Shown here in pieces: positions 9,672-19,772 of a stretch of 64,000 nucleotides of DNA; position 1 is the first letter of the stretch, and every line of letters starts with the position of its first letter. This DNA is from Alphaproteobacteria bacterium (GTDB taxonomy: Bacteria; Pseudomonadota; Alphaproteobacteria; UBA828): the NCBI GenBank assembly GCA_965214705.1, contig OZ243972.1, positions 2,752,001 to 2,816,000 of the forward strand, read 5' to 3'. The translations under genes and the position numbers were made by a program. Below the pieces are notes generated by a model. That model worked only from the letters and a program-made list of their open reading frames with translations, made no database searches and was not told the origin of the DNA.

Positions 9672-12080
9672 CTATCCACCGTTACCGGCGCGGCCAGCCT
9701 CGATCAAGGCGAGAATCATCTCCGGCTTGAGCGGCAGCGTCGTGATCTCGACGCCGAAGGGCGCGAGAGCGTCGCAGATGGCGTTGGCGATCGCGCCGGG
9801 CACGGGCCCCGGCCGGCCCTCGCCCACGGCGCGAACGCCCAAGGGGTGGTCGGGGCAAGGCGTCGGCGAGTGGCCGACCGTCACGGTCGGAACATCCGCC
9901 GCGGAAGCGAGGCGATAATTCTCGAAATCCGCCGTCAACTGCTGGCCGTTCTCGTCGTAGAGGAACTCCTCGAACATGGCGTTGGACATGCCCTGAACCA
10001 CGCCGCCCTGGACTTGACCCTCGACGACGATAGGGTTGATGACCGTGCCCACATCCTCGCAGGTGGCGTAGTCGAGGATCGTGAACTGCCCGGTCTCGAT
10101 ATCGACCTCGACCTTGGCGGCCTGCGCGGTGAAGCAGATCATGGGCTTGGGCGCCTCGAAATAGGCCGTGTGCTCGAGCCCTGGGTCCTCGCCGGGCGGC
10201 AGGTTGATCGAGCCCATGACGATGCGATCCGCCAACGCTGCGAATTCGCGGCGAATGTTGCCGTCCTTTTCGTAAACGACGGCGCCGTCCGTAAAGCTGA
10301 AATCGTCGGGGGTTGCGCCGTCCAGCCCATGATCGTGGATCATGTAGCGCGCCATCTTGGCCTTGAGCGCCGTCGCAGCCTCCGCGATCGCGGCGACGGT
10401 GTAGGACGCCCCGCGCGCGCCGATGGTGCCGGAGCTGAGCGGCGTCGTGCCGGTATCGCCGTGGCGTACGCTCACGTCGTCCGGGTGAATGCCGAAGGCG
10501 TCTGCGGCGACCTGCGCCATCGTGGTCTCGTGGCTCTGGCCCTGCGGTGCGTCGCCCTCGTGGATCGCGACCTTGCCGCGCGGGTCGATTCGCATGGTGA
10601 CGACGCCGTAGCCGGGCTGGTTCTCCAGCGGCACCAGCACGTCCGACGGAATGCCGGAGAACTCGGCACCGCAGGCGAAGCCGACCCCGATGTAGCGCCC
10701 TTCGGCGCGGGCCTCTTCCTGCAGCGTGCGGAAGCCGGTGAGATCGACCTTGTCGATCAGCGTATCCCAGGCCTTCACATAGTTGCCGCTGTCGTGATGC
10801 ACCCCGGTCACGCTGGTGAAGGGAAACTCGCTGACCAGGTTCTTGCGCTTGAGGGCGGCGGTCTCCATGCCGAGCTTCCGCGCCAGCATGTCGAGGCCGC
10901 GTTCCAGCGCGAAGCGCGTCGGCAGCGCCCCGAACGAACGCGATGGGCTGACGCAGGTCTTGTTGGTGACCGCGCAGCGCAGCTTGATGTCGGCGCGCTC
11001 GATGGCATAGGCGTTGGGCAGCATGACCGAGCCGAGCGAGGGCATGACGAAACCCCAATAGACGCCCTGGCGCCCGTCGCCCACGTCGCCGATGCCGCGA
11101 TTGCGGAGCGCGAGGATGCGGCCCTCCCTGTCCGCCGCGATTTCGAGATCGTGAATCTGGTCGCGCTCCTGACTGACCGTCATCAGGTGCTCTTCGCGCG
11201 TCTCGATCCAGCGCACCGGCCGCCCGAGCTTGCGCGCGAGATGACAGACCACGACATGCTCGCGATAGAAGGGCGCCTTGACCCCGAAGCCGCCGCCCTG
11301 GTCACGCGGCGCGACGACCCGAACCTCGGCGGTGGAGAGTTCCAGGAGGTCGGCAAGGGCGAGGCGCTCGATGTGAGGGCGCTGCGTCGTCAGGTGGACG
11401 GTGAGCCCGTCGGTCTCGCTCCAGGTCGCGAGCGCGCCCCTCGTCTCGATCGGGCAGACACCGCAGCGCTGGGTCCGGAAGCGTTGCCTGAACACCGCGT
11501 CGGCCTCGGCGAACAGCGCCTCGACCTCGGCGTCGTTCTTCACGATCTCGTCCGGCTCGAAGCCGCCGGTGTAGCTGGTGCCAAAAATCTCGTTGCTGTC
11601 CCAGTCGTCGTAGACGCGCGGCGCGCCATCGCGGAGCGCGGCCTCGGCGTCGGTAACCACGGGGAGCGGCTCGTAGTCGACCTCCACGGCGGCGGCGGCG
11701 TCTTCGGCGACGTACTTGTCTTCCGCCACGACGGCGGCGAGGGGCTCGCCGTGCCAGTACACCTCGTCCACCGCGAGCGGCCAGTACTGCCGATACTTGG
11801 CGGGGAAGGCGGGGATCAGCACCGGGATCTTCTGGCCCTGTATCTCCTGCGAGAGTTCGGCGCCGGTGATCGCGCCCACCGCGCCCGGCATGGCGAGCGC
11901 CGCGTCGAGACGGATGTCCTTGATCCTGGCGTGCGCGTGGCTGGAGCGGACGAAGCAGAGGTGGAGGCAATCGGACACTCGGACATCGGCCAAGTATTCG
12001 CCGCGCCCGGTGAGCAGGCGCGCGTCCTCGCGCCGCTCCAGCGAGCGGCCGATCCAGCCCGTTTCGACGGCCGCGCTCAC
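9672..12080 (-). CDS. Molybdenum hydroxylase large subunit 2
   Basis: GGGFGVK, loop SPSRSFG, QGQSHET, DVGTVINP and GVRAVGE motifs. Confidence 0.9.
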   Translation of the reverse strand: MSAAVETGWIGRSLERREDARLLTGRGEYLADVRVSDCLHLCFVRSSHAHARIKDIRLDAALAMPGAVGAITGAELSQEIQGQKIPVLIPAFPAKYRQYWPLAVDEVYWHGEPLAAVVAEDKYVAEDAAAAVEVDYEPLPVVTDAEAALRDGAPRVYDDWDSNEIFGTSYTGGFEPDEIVKNDAEVEALFAEADAVFRQRFRTQRCGVCPIETRGALATWSETDGLTVHLTTQRPHIERLALADLLELSTAEVRVVAPRDQGGGFGVKAPFYREHVVVCHLARKLGRPVRWIETREEHLMTVSQERDQIHDLEIAADREGRILALRNRGIGDVGDGRQGVYWGFVMPSLGSVMLPNAYAIERADIKLRCAVTNKTCVSPSRSFGALPTRFALERGLDMLARKLGMETAALKRKNLVSEFPFTSVTGVHHDSGNYVKAWDTLIDKVDLTGFRTLQEEARAEGRYIGVGFACGAEFSGIPSDVLVPLENQPGYGVVTMRIDPRGKVAIHEGDAPQGQSHETTMAQVAADAFGIHPDDVSVRHGDTGTTPLSSGTIGARGASYTVAAIAEAATALKAKMARYMIHDHGLDGATPDDFSFTDGAVVYEKDGNIRREFAALADRIVMGSINLPPGEDPGLEHTAYFEAPKPMICFTAQAAKVEVDIETGQFTILDYATCEDVGTVINPIVVEGQVQGGVVQGMSNAMFEEFLYDENGQQLTADFENYRLASAADVPTVTVGHSPTPCPDHPLGVRAVGEGRPGPVPGAIANAICDALAPFGVEITTLPLKPEMILALIEAGRAGNGG

Positions 12081-12592
12081 GGTGGAGGCTCGGTCTCGGC
12101 CGGCGGCGGGACGGGCTTCAGGCCGTGGCGCGTGGCGGAAGCGGCGAGGATGGCCTCGACGATGTGGCTGTAGCCGGTGCAGCGGCAGAGGTTACCGACC
12201 AGGGCGCGGCGCACCTCCTCTTCGGTCGGGTTGATGTTCTCGTTCAAGAAATCGACCGCGTTCATCAGAATCCCGCTCGTGCAGAATCCGCACTGCAGCG
12301 CGTGATAGCGGCTGAACGCCTGCTTCAAGCGGTGCAGGTTGTCCCGGTTGCCGAGGCCCTCGATCGTGGTGACCTCCTTGCCGTCGGCTTGCACCGCGAG
12401 CTTCATGCAGGACTTGTGAGCGCGTCCTTCAATCTGCACCGTGCATGCGCCGCAGCGCCCTTCGTAGGTGCAACCGATATGCGTACCCGTGAGGCCGCAC
12501 TCGTCGCGGATGAAATCGACGAGAAGGAGGCGGAGCGGCACGGTTCGCGTATAGGGCGTGCCGTTGACGGTGACGGTGATCGTCTTCTCCAC
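12077..12592 (-). CDS. Molybdenum hydroxylase 2Fe-2S small subunit 2
   Basis: GCTYEGRCGAC, QCGFC and NLCRCTGY motifs; GTG start at 12592 after GGAGG. Confidence 0.9.
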   Translation of the reverse strand: MEKTITVTVNGTPYTRTVPLRLLLVDFIRDECGLTGTHIGCTYEGRCGACTVQIEGRAHKSCMKLAVQADGKEVTTIEGLGNRDNLHRLKQAFSRYHALQCGFCTSGILMNAVDFLNENINPTEEEVRRALVGNLCRCTGYSHIVEAILAASATRHGLKPVPPPAETEPPP

Positions 12593-12596
12593 GGCG

Positions 12597-13478
12597 TCAC
12601 CCTCCCGTCGCGCGGGCGTGGGCCTCGGCCAATACATCGCGGCCCAGCGTGCGGATCAGCACTTGGCGATAGTGGGCGCTGGCGAGGTGGTCCGTTTGCG
12701 TCTCGATTGCGTTGGCTGCCGCGCTTGCGGCCTCGGCAAACGCCTCGGGCGTTGCCGGCCGGCCGCACAGAACGTCGCCAACGCCGTCGAATCGCTGGGC
12801 GGTCGGCAGAGTGCCGCCGACGCTGAAGCGGGCATCCGAGCAGATCCCTGCCTCGTCAACCTCGATCAGTGCAGCGATGCCGACGATCGGCAAGCCGTCA
12901 ACGGTCCCGCCGTACTTCTTGTAAGCACTGCCGACGCCGTGAACCTTGGAGGCGGGAAAGTTGATCTCGACCAAAAGCTCGTCGTCGCGAAGTGCGGTCT
13001 CGAGCGGCCCGATCAGAAACTCGTCAATCGGCACGGCTCGTTCGCCGTCGTCCAGCGAGGCAAGAACAAGCGTCGCATCGAGGCAGAGGCAGACGTTCGG
13101 CATGCATGAGGCGACGTAGTTCCAGCACAGGCTGCCGCCAATGGTGCCGGCATTGCGCACCTGGCGGTCTCCCACTGTCGAGGCTGCGTCCCCGATCGCC
13201 TGCAAGGCGCCGTGCAGAGCCGTGGTTACTGCCAGCTCACGGTAGCGGGTGAGGGGGCGCACGGTGACGCCGCGCGGCCCTTTGGCGAGACCGCTGAGCT
13301 CCTCCACTTCGTTCAGGTCGATGAGCGCACGAGGCGTTGCCAGCCGCGCCTTCATCGCCTGCATCAGGCTCATGCCGCCGGCGATGAACATGGCGTCATC
13401 CCCGGCTTCGGCACGGCACTGGAGCGCCCCATCGATGGTTCGCGGCGCGAAATAGGCCTCAATCGGCGCTGGATACAT
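12597..13478 (-). CDS. Molybdenum hydroxylase FAD-binding medium subunit 2
   Basis: MYPAP start; IAGGMSL and VRNAGTIGGSL motifs. Confidence 0.88.
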   Translation of the reverse strand: MYPAPIEAYFAPRTIDGALQCRAEAGDDAMFIAGGMSLMQAMKARLATPRALIDLNEVEELSGLAKGPRGVTVRPLTRYRELAVTTALHGALQAIGDAASTVGDRQVRNAGTIGGSLCWNYVASCMPNVCLCLDATLVLASLDDGERAVPIDEFLIGPLETALRDDELLVEINFPASKVHGVGSAYKKYGGTVDGLPIVGIAALIEVDEAGICSDARFSVGGTLPTAQRFDGVGDVLCGRPATPEAFAEAASAAANAIETQTDHLASAHYRQVLIRTLGRDVLAEAHARATGG

Positions 13479-13596
13479 GATAGCTCCGACACTATGCTGA
13501 ATCCTCGACATATGAAACAGCAAGTACCGCAACCTACTGGACTGGCTATGTAGCCTCCGCGTCAAATGGCAAGAACGTGAGAAAGGGAGTGTATCA

Positions 13597-14685
13597 ATGA
13601 AAATCAAAGCCATCGGAGCCGCCTTCGTTGCTGCGGCTCTTCTCGTGATAACGCATGGCGCTGCCGAAGCGCAGGTAAACATCGAAGGAGAACCGAAAGT
13701 CGCCTTCATTTACTTTAACGTGAAGGACGATGGCGGCTGGGTACAGGCGCAAGAAGAGGCCCGCGTCAGCCTTGAAGCCGATACCGGAATCCATACTGCT
13801 TATACCGAAGGCGTTGAAGAAGTCGCGTCAAAACTCCGCGCCGTTGTCGAGCGCTATATCAGGCGGGATTACAACATCATTGCGGCCTCTGCGTTCGGCT
13901 ATAACGATGCCTTGCTTGAGATCGCGAAGGAAAATCCCAACGTCGCGTTCTTCAATACGCCAGGCACGGTCAGCGCGGATAACCTCGAAGGCTATTACGC
14001 GCGCACGTACGAGAGTCAGTTCCTCTGCGGCATGGTGGCCGGCGCCTTGACCAAGACCAACAAGATCGGCTTCGTCGCTGCCGTCCCGATCTCCGTCACG
14101 ACCTGGAACGTCAACGCCTACGCGCTCGGCGCCCAGCTCATGAACCCCGACGCCGTCGTCAACGTCATCTACACCAATGCCTGGTACGACCCGGTCAAGG
14201 AACGGGCGACCGCGCAGGCGTTGCTGGAGCAGGGAGCCGACTTCCTGGGCCAGCACCAGGATACGCCATCGACGCAGATCGTGGCGCAGGAAGCCGGTGT
14301 CTTGTCCACCGGCTATCACCGGGACATGAGCGAGTATTCGACCGCCACGCAGTGCTCCTCGGTCTGGGTCTGGGCGCGCTACATCACGCCGACCGTCCAG
14401 GCGATCGTCGCCGGCGACTGGAAGAGCAGCGGAATCCGCTTCCTGGGCATCAAGGACGGCGGCACCGATGCCGTCTGCTGCGGTCCCGAAGTGCCGGACG
14501 ATGTCGCGGCCAAGGTGATGGCGACGCGCGACGAAATCGTTAGCGGCGCGCGCCATGTGTTCCAGGGTCCGATCTACGACCAGGACGGCAATCTGGTGGT
14601 CGCGGAAGGTGAGCAACTCGATGACGGCCAGATTTGGGGCATGAACTATCTGGTGCAGGGTGTCGTCGGCGAGCTGCCTCAGTAA
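13597..14685 (+). CDS. BMP family ABC transporter substrate-binding protein (nucleoside/nucleobase type)
   Basis: Signal peptide; KVAFIY, DGGW, NKIGFVAA, WYDP and QHQDTP motifs. Confidence 0.88.
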   Translation: MKIKAIGAAFVAAALLVITHGAAEAQVNIEGEPKVAFIYFNVKDDGGWVQAQEEARVSLEADTGIHTAYTEGVEEVASKLRAVVERYIRRDYNIIAASAFGYNDALLEIAKENPNVAFFNTPGTVSADNLEGYYARTYESQFLCGMVAGALTKTNKIGFVAAVPISVTTWNVNAYALGAQLMNPDAVVNVIYTNAWYDPVKERATAQALLEQGADFLGQHQDTPSTQIVAQEAGVLSTGYHRDMSEYSTATQCSSVWVWARYITPTVQAIVAGDWKSSGIRFLGIKDGGTDAVCCGPEVPDDVAAKVMATRDEIVSGARHVFQGPIYDQDGNLVVAEGEQLDDGQIWGMNYLVQGVVGELPQ

Positions 14686-14789
14686 GCGACCGCGGTAACA
14701 GGAGCGCTCCCTCCGGGCGGAGGCCTCCCGCGCAGTGTCAGCACTGCCGGGAGGCTGTTCCGGCGCGATGGTGTCGACAGGGGCACGGG

Positions 14790-16283
14790 ATGGCTCATGC
14801 CCTGCAGATGACGGACATCGTCAAGTCCTTCGACGGCCGCATGGCGCTCGATCGCGCGGCGTTCTCTGCCGAGTGGGGCGAGGTCCACGGTCTCCTCGGC
14901 GAGAACGGCGCCGGCAAGACCTCGCTGATGAACGTGCTGTGCGGGCTCTACCGGCCCGACGCCGGCCGCATGAGCATCGATGGCGTCGAGCACCGCATCG
15001 AGGGGCCGTCCCATGCGCGCGCGCTCGGCATCGGCATGGTCCACCAGCACTTCAAGCTGGTGCAGCCGTTCACCATCGCCGAGAACGTCATGCTGGCGAA
15101 CAGGCAGACATCGTGGCGAAAGGGTATTGCCGCAGTGTCGGAGGGCATCGCGCGCCTTTCCGATGAGCTTGGCTTCGAGATCGATCCCTCGGCCCGGATT
15201 GATCGCATATCCGTCGCCGAGCAACAGCGGGTCGAGATCATCAAGGTGCTCATGGGAGGGGCGCGCCTTCTGATTCTCGACGAGCCGACCTCGGTATTGA
15301 CCGACGAGGAAGCGGCGCGGCTGCTGCGCACGATCCGGGCGCTCGCCCGCCGCGGCGCCTGCGTCATCCTGATTACGCACAAGCTGCGCGAGGTGTTGGC
15401 CCACGCGGATCGGGTCACGGTCATGCGCAGCGGGCGGACCGTCGCGACGGTCGATGCGAGCTCTACGAGTGCTCCAGACCTCGCCCGCATGATGGTCGGC
15501 GACGCCCCGGTCGACGACACCGAGCCCGGGCAAAGCGGCCCTGTTCGCCTTGAAATCTCCGACCTCACGGCGCGCCGGGACGATGGCGTGAATACCGTTC
15601 GCGGCTTATCGCTGACCGTTCGGAGCGGCCAAATCTACGGCCTCGCGGGTGTCGGCGGTAACGGCCAGACGGAGCTGGCGGAGGTGTTGATGGGCGTTCG
15701 CGCGCCGGAGACGGGGCGTATCGGGCTCGACGGTTCCGACATCACGGCGCACCACCCAAAGCGCCGCCGCGCGCTTGGCATTCGCAACGTGCCGGCGGAC
15801 CGCTCCGCCTACGGTCTCGCCCCAGAGCTTTCGGTCGGCGACAACTATGCGTCGACCCGGCTCGGAAGCGGTGCGTTCGGGACGATGGCCTGGGTCTCTC
15901 GGCGCACGATCGGGGCGCGGGCGAGCGCTGCGCTGGAGGACTTCGAGATTCAGGGCGCGACCGTCGATACCAGCGTGCGCCTGCTCTCCGGTGGCAACGC
16001 GCAAAAGCTCGTGCTCGCGCGGGAACTCCACGGAGAGCCCGCCGTGATTGTGGCCCATTCGCCGACCCATGGCCTCGACGTGCGTGCCTGCGCGGCGGTT
16101 CACGATCATCTGCGCGCGGCGCGCGGTGCCGGTGCCGCCGTGCTCTTGATCAGCGAAGATCTCGACGAGGTTCTCAATCTCTCGGATATCGTCGGCGTCA
16201 TCAACCGCGGCGCCATCGTCGGCGAGCTGGCGCGACCGGCGGACCGCCATCGGGTCGGCGAGTTGATGCTCGGACATGCCTAG
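14790..16283 (+). CDS. ABC transporter ATP-binding protein with two ATPase domains
   Basis: GENGAGKT, MVHQHF, LDEPT and LSGGNAQK motifs. Confidence 0.92.
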   Translation: MAHALQMTDIVKSFDGRMALDRAAFSAEWGEVHGLLGENGAGKTSLMNVLCGLYRPDAGRMSIDGVEHRIEGPSHARALGIGMVHQHFKLVQPFTIAENVMLANRQTSWRKGIAAVSEGIARLSDELGFEIDPSARIDRISVAEQQRVEIIKVLMGGARLLILDEPTSVLTDEEAARLLRTIRALARRGACVILITHKLREVLAHADRVTVMRSGRTVATVDASSTSAPDLARMMVGDAPVDDTEPGQSGPVRLEISDLTARRDDGVNTVRGLSLTVRSGQIYGLAGVGGNGQTELAEVLMGVRAPETGRIGLDGSDITAHHPKRRRALGIRNVPADRSAYGLAPELSVGDNYASTRLGSGAFGTMAWVSRRTIGARASAALEDFEIQGATVDTSVRLLSGGNAQKLVLARELHGEPAVIVAHSPTHGLDVRACAAVHDHLRAARGAGAAVLLISEDLDEVLNLSDIVGVINRGAIVGELARPADRHRVGELMLGHA

Positions 16284-17349
16284 TCGAACACTCGCGATTG
16301 GCCGCATCAGTCTGGAGGTACGTCAGGGCATCGAGTTCTGGCTGCACGGGCTGATCGTGCTGGCATCGATTGCGGTCGGGCTCGGGATTTCCGTTCTCTT
16401 GCTCGTCGTCTCCGGCATCGACGTCTCGAACATTATCGAGGAATTCATCGTCTTCACGTTCTTCGATAGCGCGGGCCTCGCCGACGTATTGCTCGAGTGG
16501 GCGCCGCTAATTCTCGTCGGATTGTCGGCCGCAGTCGCCTTTCGCGTTCAGTTCTGGAATATCGGTATCGAGGGACAATTCGTGTGGGGTGCCATCGGCG
16601 CAACCGTGGTGATGATCTACGACATTGGTCCCAGTTGGATCCAGATCTATCTGATGTTCTTGGGCGGCATTATCGGGGGCATGGCATGGATCGCCGCACC
16701 TGCATTTCTCCGATTGCGCCTGCAAGTCAACGAAATTATCTCGACGTTGCTGCTCAACTACGTTGCCGCCTTATTCGTCCTGAATCAGTTGTTCGGCGCG
16801 TGGCAGGACCCGGCGGCGGTCTATTACAAGACAGCGCAATTTGCTGCTTACCAGCGCTTGCCGCTCATCGGTTGGGGGCAGATTCACGTCGGCCTGTTCA
16901 TCGCCCTGGCCGCGGCTCTCATCGTCTGGCTGATCACCGAGAGGAGCCGTTTCGGCGCCTACATGAAGTTCGTCGGCAGCAATCCCGGCATGGCGTTGGC
17001 GTCCGGGATTCCGGTGACGCTCACCATACTCGCCGCCGTGATGCTCTCGGGCTCGCTGTCGGGTCTTGGAGGGTATCTGGTCGCGTCGGGCCAGGAGTAC
17101 GCGCTGACAATCTACGTCGCCATCGGTTACGGCTTCTCCGGCATCGTCATCGCGTTTCTCTCGCGCAACAACCCGGCGGCGGTCGTCGTCGTGTCGTTCC
17201 TGATGGCCGGACTCTACGTCGGCGGCGAGAGCATCCAGGTCTTCTACGGCTTGCCCGAGGCCCTGATCGGGCTCATCCAGTCGATCATCGTGATCTGCGT
17301 GGTGGGCTCGGAGTTTTTCGTTCGCTACCGCGTACGCTGGATGCGCTAG
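16276..17349 (+). CDS. ABC transporter permease (BMP system)
   Basis: WNIGIEGQ, NEIISTLLLNY and GYGFSGI motifs; multiple TM helices. Confidence 0.9.
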   Translation: MPSRTLAIGRISLEVRQGIEFWLHGLIVLASIAVGLGISVLLLVVSGIDVSNIIEEFIVFTFFDSAGLADVLLEWAPLILVGLSAAVAFRVQFWNIGIEGQFVWGAIGATVVMIYDIGPSWIQIYLMFLGGIIGGMAWIAAPAFLRLRLQVNEIISTLLLNYVAALFVLNQLFGAWQDPAAVYYKTAQFAAYQRLPLIGWGQIHVGLFIALAAALIVWLITERSRFGAYMKFVGSNPGMALASGIPVTLTILAAVMLSGSLSGLGGYLVASGQEYALTIYVAIGYGFSGIVIAFLSRNNPAAVVVVSFLMAGLYVGGESIQVFYGLPEALIGLIQSIIVICVVGSEFFVRYRVRWMR

Positions 17350-17351
17350 GC

Positions 17352-18281
17352 ATGGTCGAGTTCATCGTCAACTGGGTCGCGTTCACGCCGGTCTTCGCCG
17401 TGCCGCTGATGCTGGCGTCCATCGGGCTCATCATCAACGAGCGCGCGGGCGTGATGAATCTCGGTGCCGAGGGGATCATGCTCGTCGGCGCCTTTGCGGG
17501 CGTGGTCGTCTACATCGAGAGCGGCAACATCCTCGCGCTCGGAACCCTCGGGGCCATCGCCGCGGGCCTCGTAGTCTCGGCCCTTTTCGCCTTCATGGTC
17601 GTGACGATGCGCCTGAACCAGGTCGTGGCGGGCATCGCCATCGTCTTCTTCGCCTCCGGTCTCACCGGCCTCATCGGCAATCCCTGGACGGAGCGGGCGG
17701 TCGAAGGCTTCACCAAGGTGGACATGGGGGTCCTCTCGACCATCCCCGTTCTCGGCAAGATCGTGTTCAGTCAGGACCTGATGGTCTATGCGAGCATTCC
17801 CATCGTCTTTTTCGTCTGGCGCTTCCTCCACCGCAGCATTCCCGGAATGAAGCTCCGTGCCGTCGGCGAGAACCCGCAGGCGGCGGATGCTGCCGGCGTC
17901 AGCATCGACCTCATGCGCTTCGGTGCCGTGGTGACGGGAGGCGCGCTGGTCGGGCTCGCGGGCGGTTATCTGGCGCTCGCGGCGTCGAAAATCTGGGTCG
18001 AGGATATGACCCACGGGCGCGGCTGGATCGCCGTCGCTCTGGTCATCTTTGCGCGCTGGCGGCCGGGACGCGCCGTGCTGGGCGCGCTGCTGTTCGGCGG
18101 AATCGAGGCGCTGATCCCGCGCATTCAGGCAGTGGGATTGGCGGTGCCGCAGTACCTGTTGTTGATGATGCCCTATCTGGTGACGCTCGCCGTCCTCACT
18201 TACGTCGGCCTTGTTTCGCGTACCGGCTCGGGCGCGCCGGGCGCGCTCGGCCTGCCTTACGTGCGCGAGGATCGGCGATAA
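17352..18281 (+). CDS. ABC transporter permease (BMP system)
   Basis: ERAGVMNLGAEG, RAVGENP and GRGWIAVALV motifs. Confidence 0.9.
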   Translation: MVEFIVNWVAFTPVFAVPLMLASIGLIINERAGVMNLGAEGIMLVGAFAGVVVYIESGNILALGTLGAIAAGLVVSALFAFMVVTMRLNQVVAGIAIVFFASGLTGLIGNPWTERAVEGFTKVDMGVLSTIPVLGKIVFSQDLMVYASIPIVFFVWRFLHRSIPGMKLRAVGENPQAADAAGVSIDLMRFGAVVTGGALVGLAGGYLALAASKIWVEDMTHGRGWIAVALVIFARWRPGRAVLGALLFGGIEALIPRIQAVGLAVPQYLLLMMPYLVTLAVLTYVGLVSRTGSGAPGALGLPYVREDRR

Positions 18282-18404
18282 GGAGCCGGCAGCCGCGCGG
18301 TCGTCCCCGCGCTCAGCTGAACTGCCTATCCAAACTGGTCTTGCAACTGAGTGCCGCCCCGCCGGCACGATGTTTAGTGCCGACGGGGCTGGGAGAGCTG
18401 CTCC

Positions 18405-19709
18405 TCAAGCGGCGAGGAAGCGGTTCCACTCCTTGATGAAGAGGGTGATGTGGCGCGGCCAGATCATCCAGTAGGCGATGTTGGACTGGCGCCGGAGCTT
18501 GGGCCCGGTGTCGCGCCCGCGGCCCTCGTACCACTTGAGCCACGCGTCCTCGGTCATGTAGTTCCGCGCGGTGTCCGGAGTGGGCGAATAGTAGCCCTGC
18601 TCGGCGTCTGCCGCGCCGCGCCAGCCTTCGAGGCACCAGTCCATGTAGGCCATGGCCACTTCGGGCTGCGGCGCCTCGCTGGAAAGGCACATGCCGTAAT
18701 ACCAGGCGCCGGTGCCCTCCCAGACGTCGACATAATGACAGGGGATGCCGCGCTTCTTCACATCCTCGATCACCGGGTTCCAGCAATCGATGCCCCAGAC
18801 CTCCTCGGAGGCGAGCAGGTTCACCGCCTCGCCGTAGTTGGTCCAGAGCGCGCGGAAGACGCCGTCCTGCTTGGCGCCAATCAGGAAGTCGATGACGTTC
18901 TTGAGCTCGTCCGGCTCGAGATCGCCATAGCCCACCGTGACCGGGTCCATCTTACGGTTCTTCACGAGGTAGCTCGCGCAGCGCGGCGGGCCGATCAGGT
19001 CCTCGTTCTGGATCGAGACCTTGCCCCGCACGTCCACGTCGCGCCACTGGCCCTCGTAGAGTACGCCCAACGTGTCCGGTATGAGCCGGTCCGCCTGGGA
19101 CTCGGCGAACTTGTGCGGGAGGATGCCGAGCGCATCCATGTTGTAGATCTGCGGCAGCATCCCGAACGAAGTGCGGCTGTCGTCCCAATAGACCATCGCG
19201 ACCGGCCAGCCGCTGGTATGGTCGGCGCCGACGTGGGCGGGGTCGGTAAAGAGCGTATCCGCGAACTCCCAGTTGGTGATCTTCTCCGCCGGGATCGGCG
19301 CGATCGTCTCAGCCTCCCGGAGCGCCGGCACACGGAAAGCGTTGGTCTCGATCATCGAGAAGGTCTCGTAGCCGCCGGTGATCCACTTCTGGACCGAATC
19401 CGCGAGGCTCGCGACCTGGCCGGTGACCTGGAGCCCGCCGCTCATCTCCTCGAACTGCTTGAAGAAGCGCTCCTGCGCCGAGACCCCGGTGCCGATGAGC
19501 TGCATCGGCTCGTCCTGGGTGATGCCGGCGACCCGGTCCGAGAAAGCGGCCTCGGCCTCGCCTGCGGCGAGGCCCGCAGCCGCAACCACGGCGGTCGCAC
19601 CCGCCGCCGCCATGAACTCGCGCCGATCCAGCCCGGCCGCTGTTCGCGAGCGTGTCTCGGCGTCGTCGCAGAACTTCTCGTGTCTCTTGTCAAGGTGTCC
19701 GCTGTCCAT
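18405..19709 (-). CDS. Tat-exported PotD/PotF-like substrate-binding protein without adjacent permeases
   Basis: RREFM twin-arginine signal; paralogous to 34280-35638. Confidence 0.75.
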   Translation of the reverse strand: MDSGHLDKRHEKFCDDAETRSRTAAGLDRREFMAAAGATAVVAAAGLAAGEAEAAFSDRVAGITQDEPMQLIGTGVSAQERFFKQFEEMSGGLQVTGQVASLADSVQKWITGGYETFSMIETNAFRVPALREAETIAPIPAEKITNWEFADTLFTDPAHVGADHTSGWPVAMVYWDDSRTSFGMLPQIYNMDALGILPHKFAESQADRLIPDTLGVLYEGQWRDVDVRGKVSIQNEDLIGPPRCASYLVKNRKMDPVTVGYGDLEPDELKNVIDFLIGAKQDGVFRALWTNYGEAVNLLASEEVWGIDCWNPVIEDVKKRGIPCHYVDVWEGTGAWYYGMCLSSEAPQPEVAMAYMDWCLEGWRGAADAEQGYYSPTPDTARNYMTEDAWLKWYEGRGRDTGPKLRRQSNIAYWMIWPRHITLFIKEWNRFLAA

Positions 19710-19772
19710 CTCTGCCTCCCTTTGCCTCCCTGGTGCGGTGGCGCCGCCCGGCCAGTGCCAGGCAGCCGGTGG

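Noticed and set aside
9660-12173. 837-aa plus-strand ORF and similar long antisense ORFs (18450-20663, 24771-27083, 43790-47413, 55793-58171)
   Set aside because: Shadow frames of real genes in GC-rich DNA; no motifs, and one runs through a tRNA
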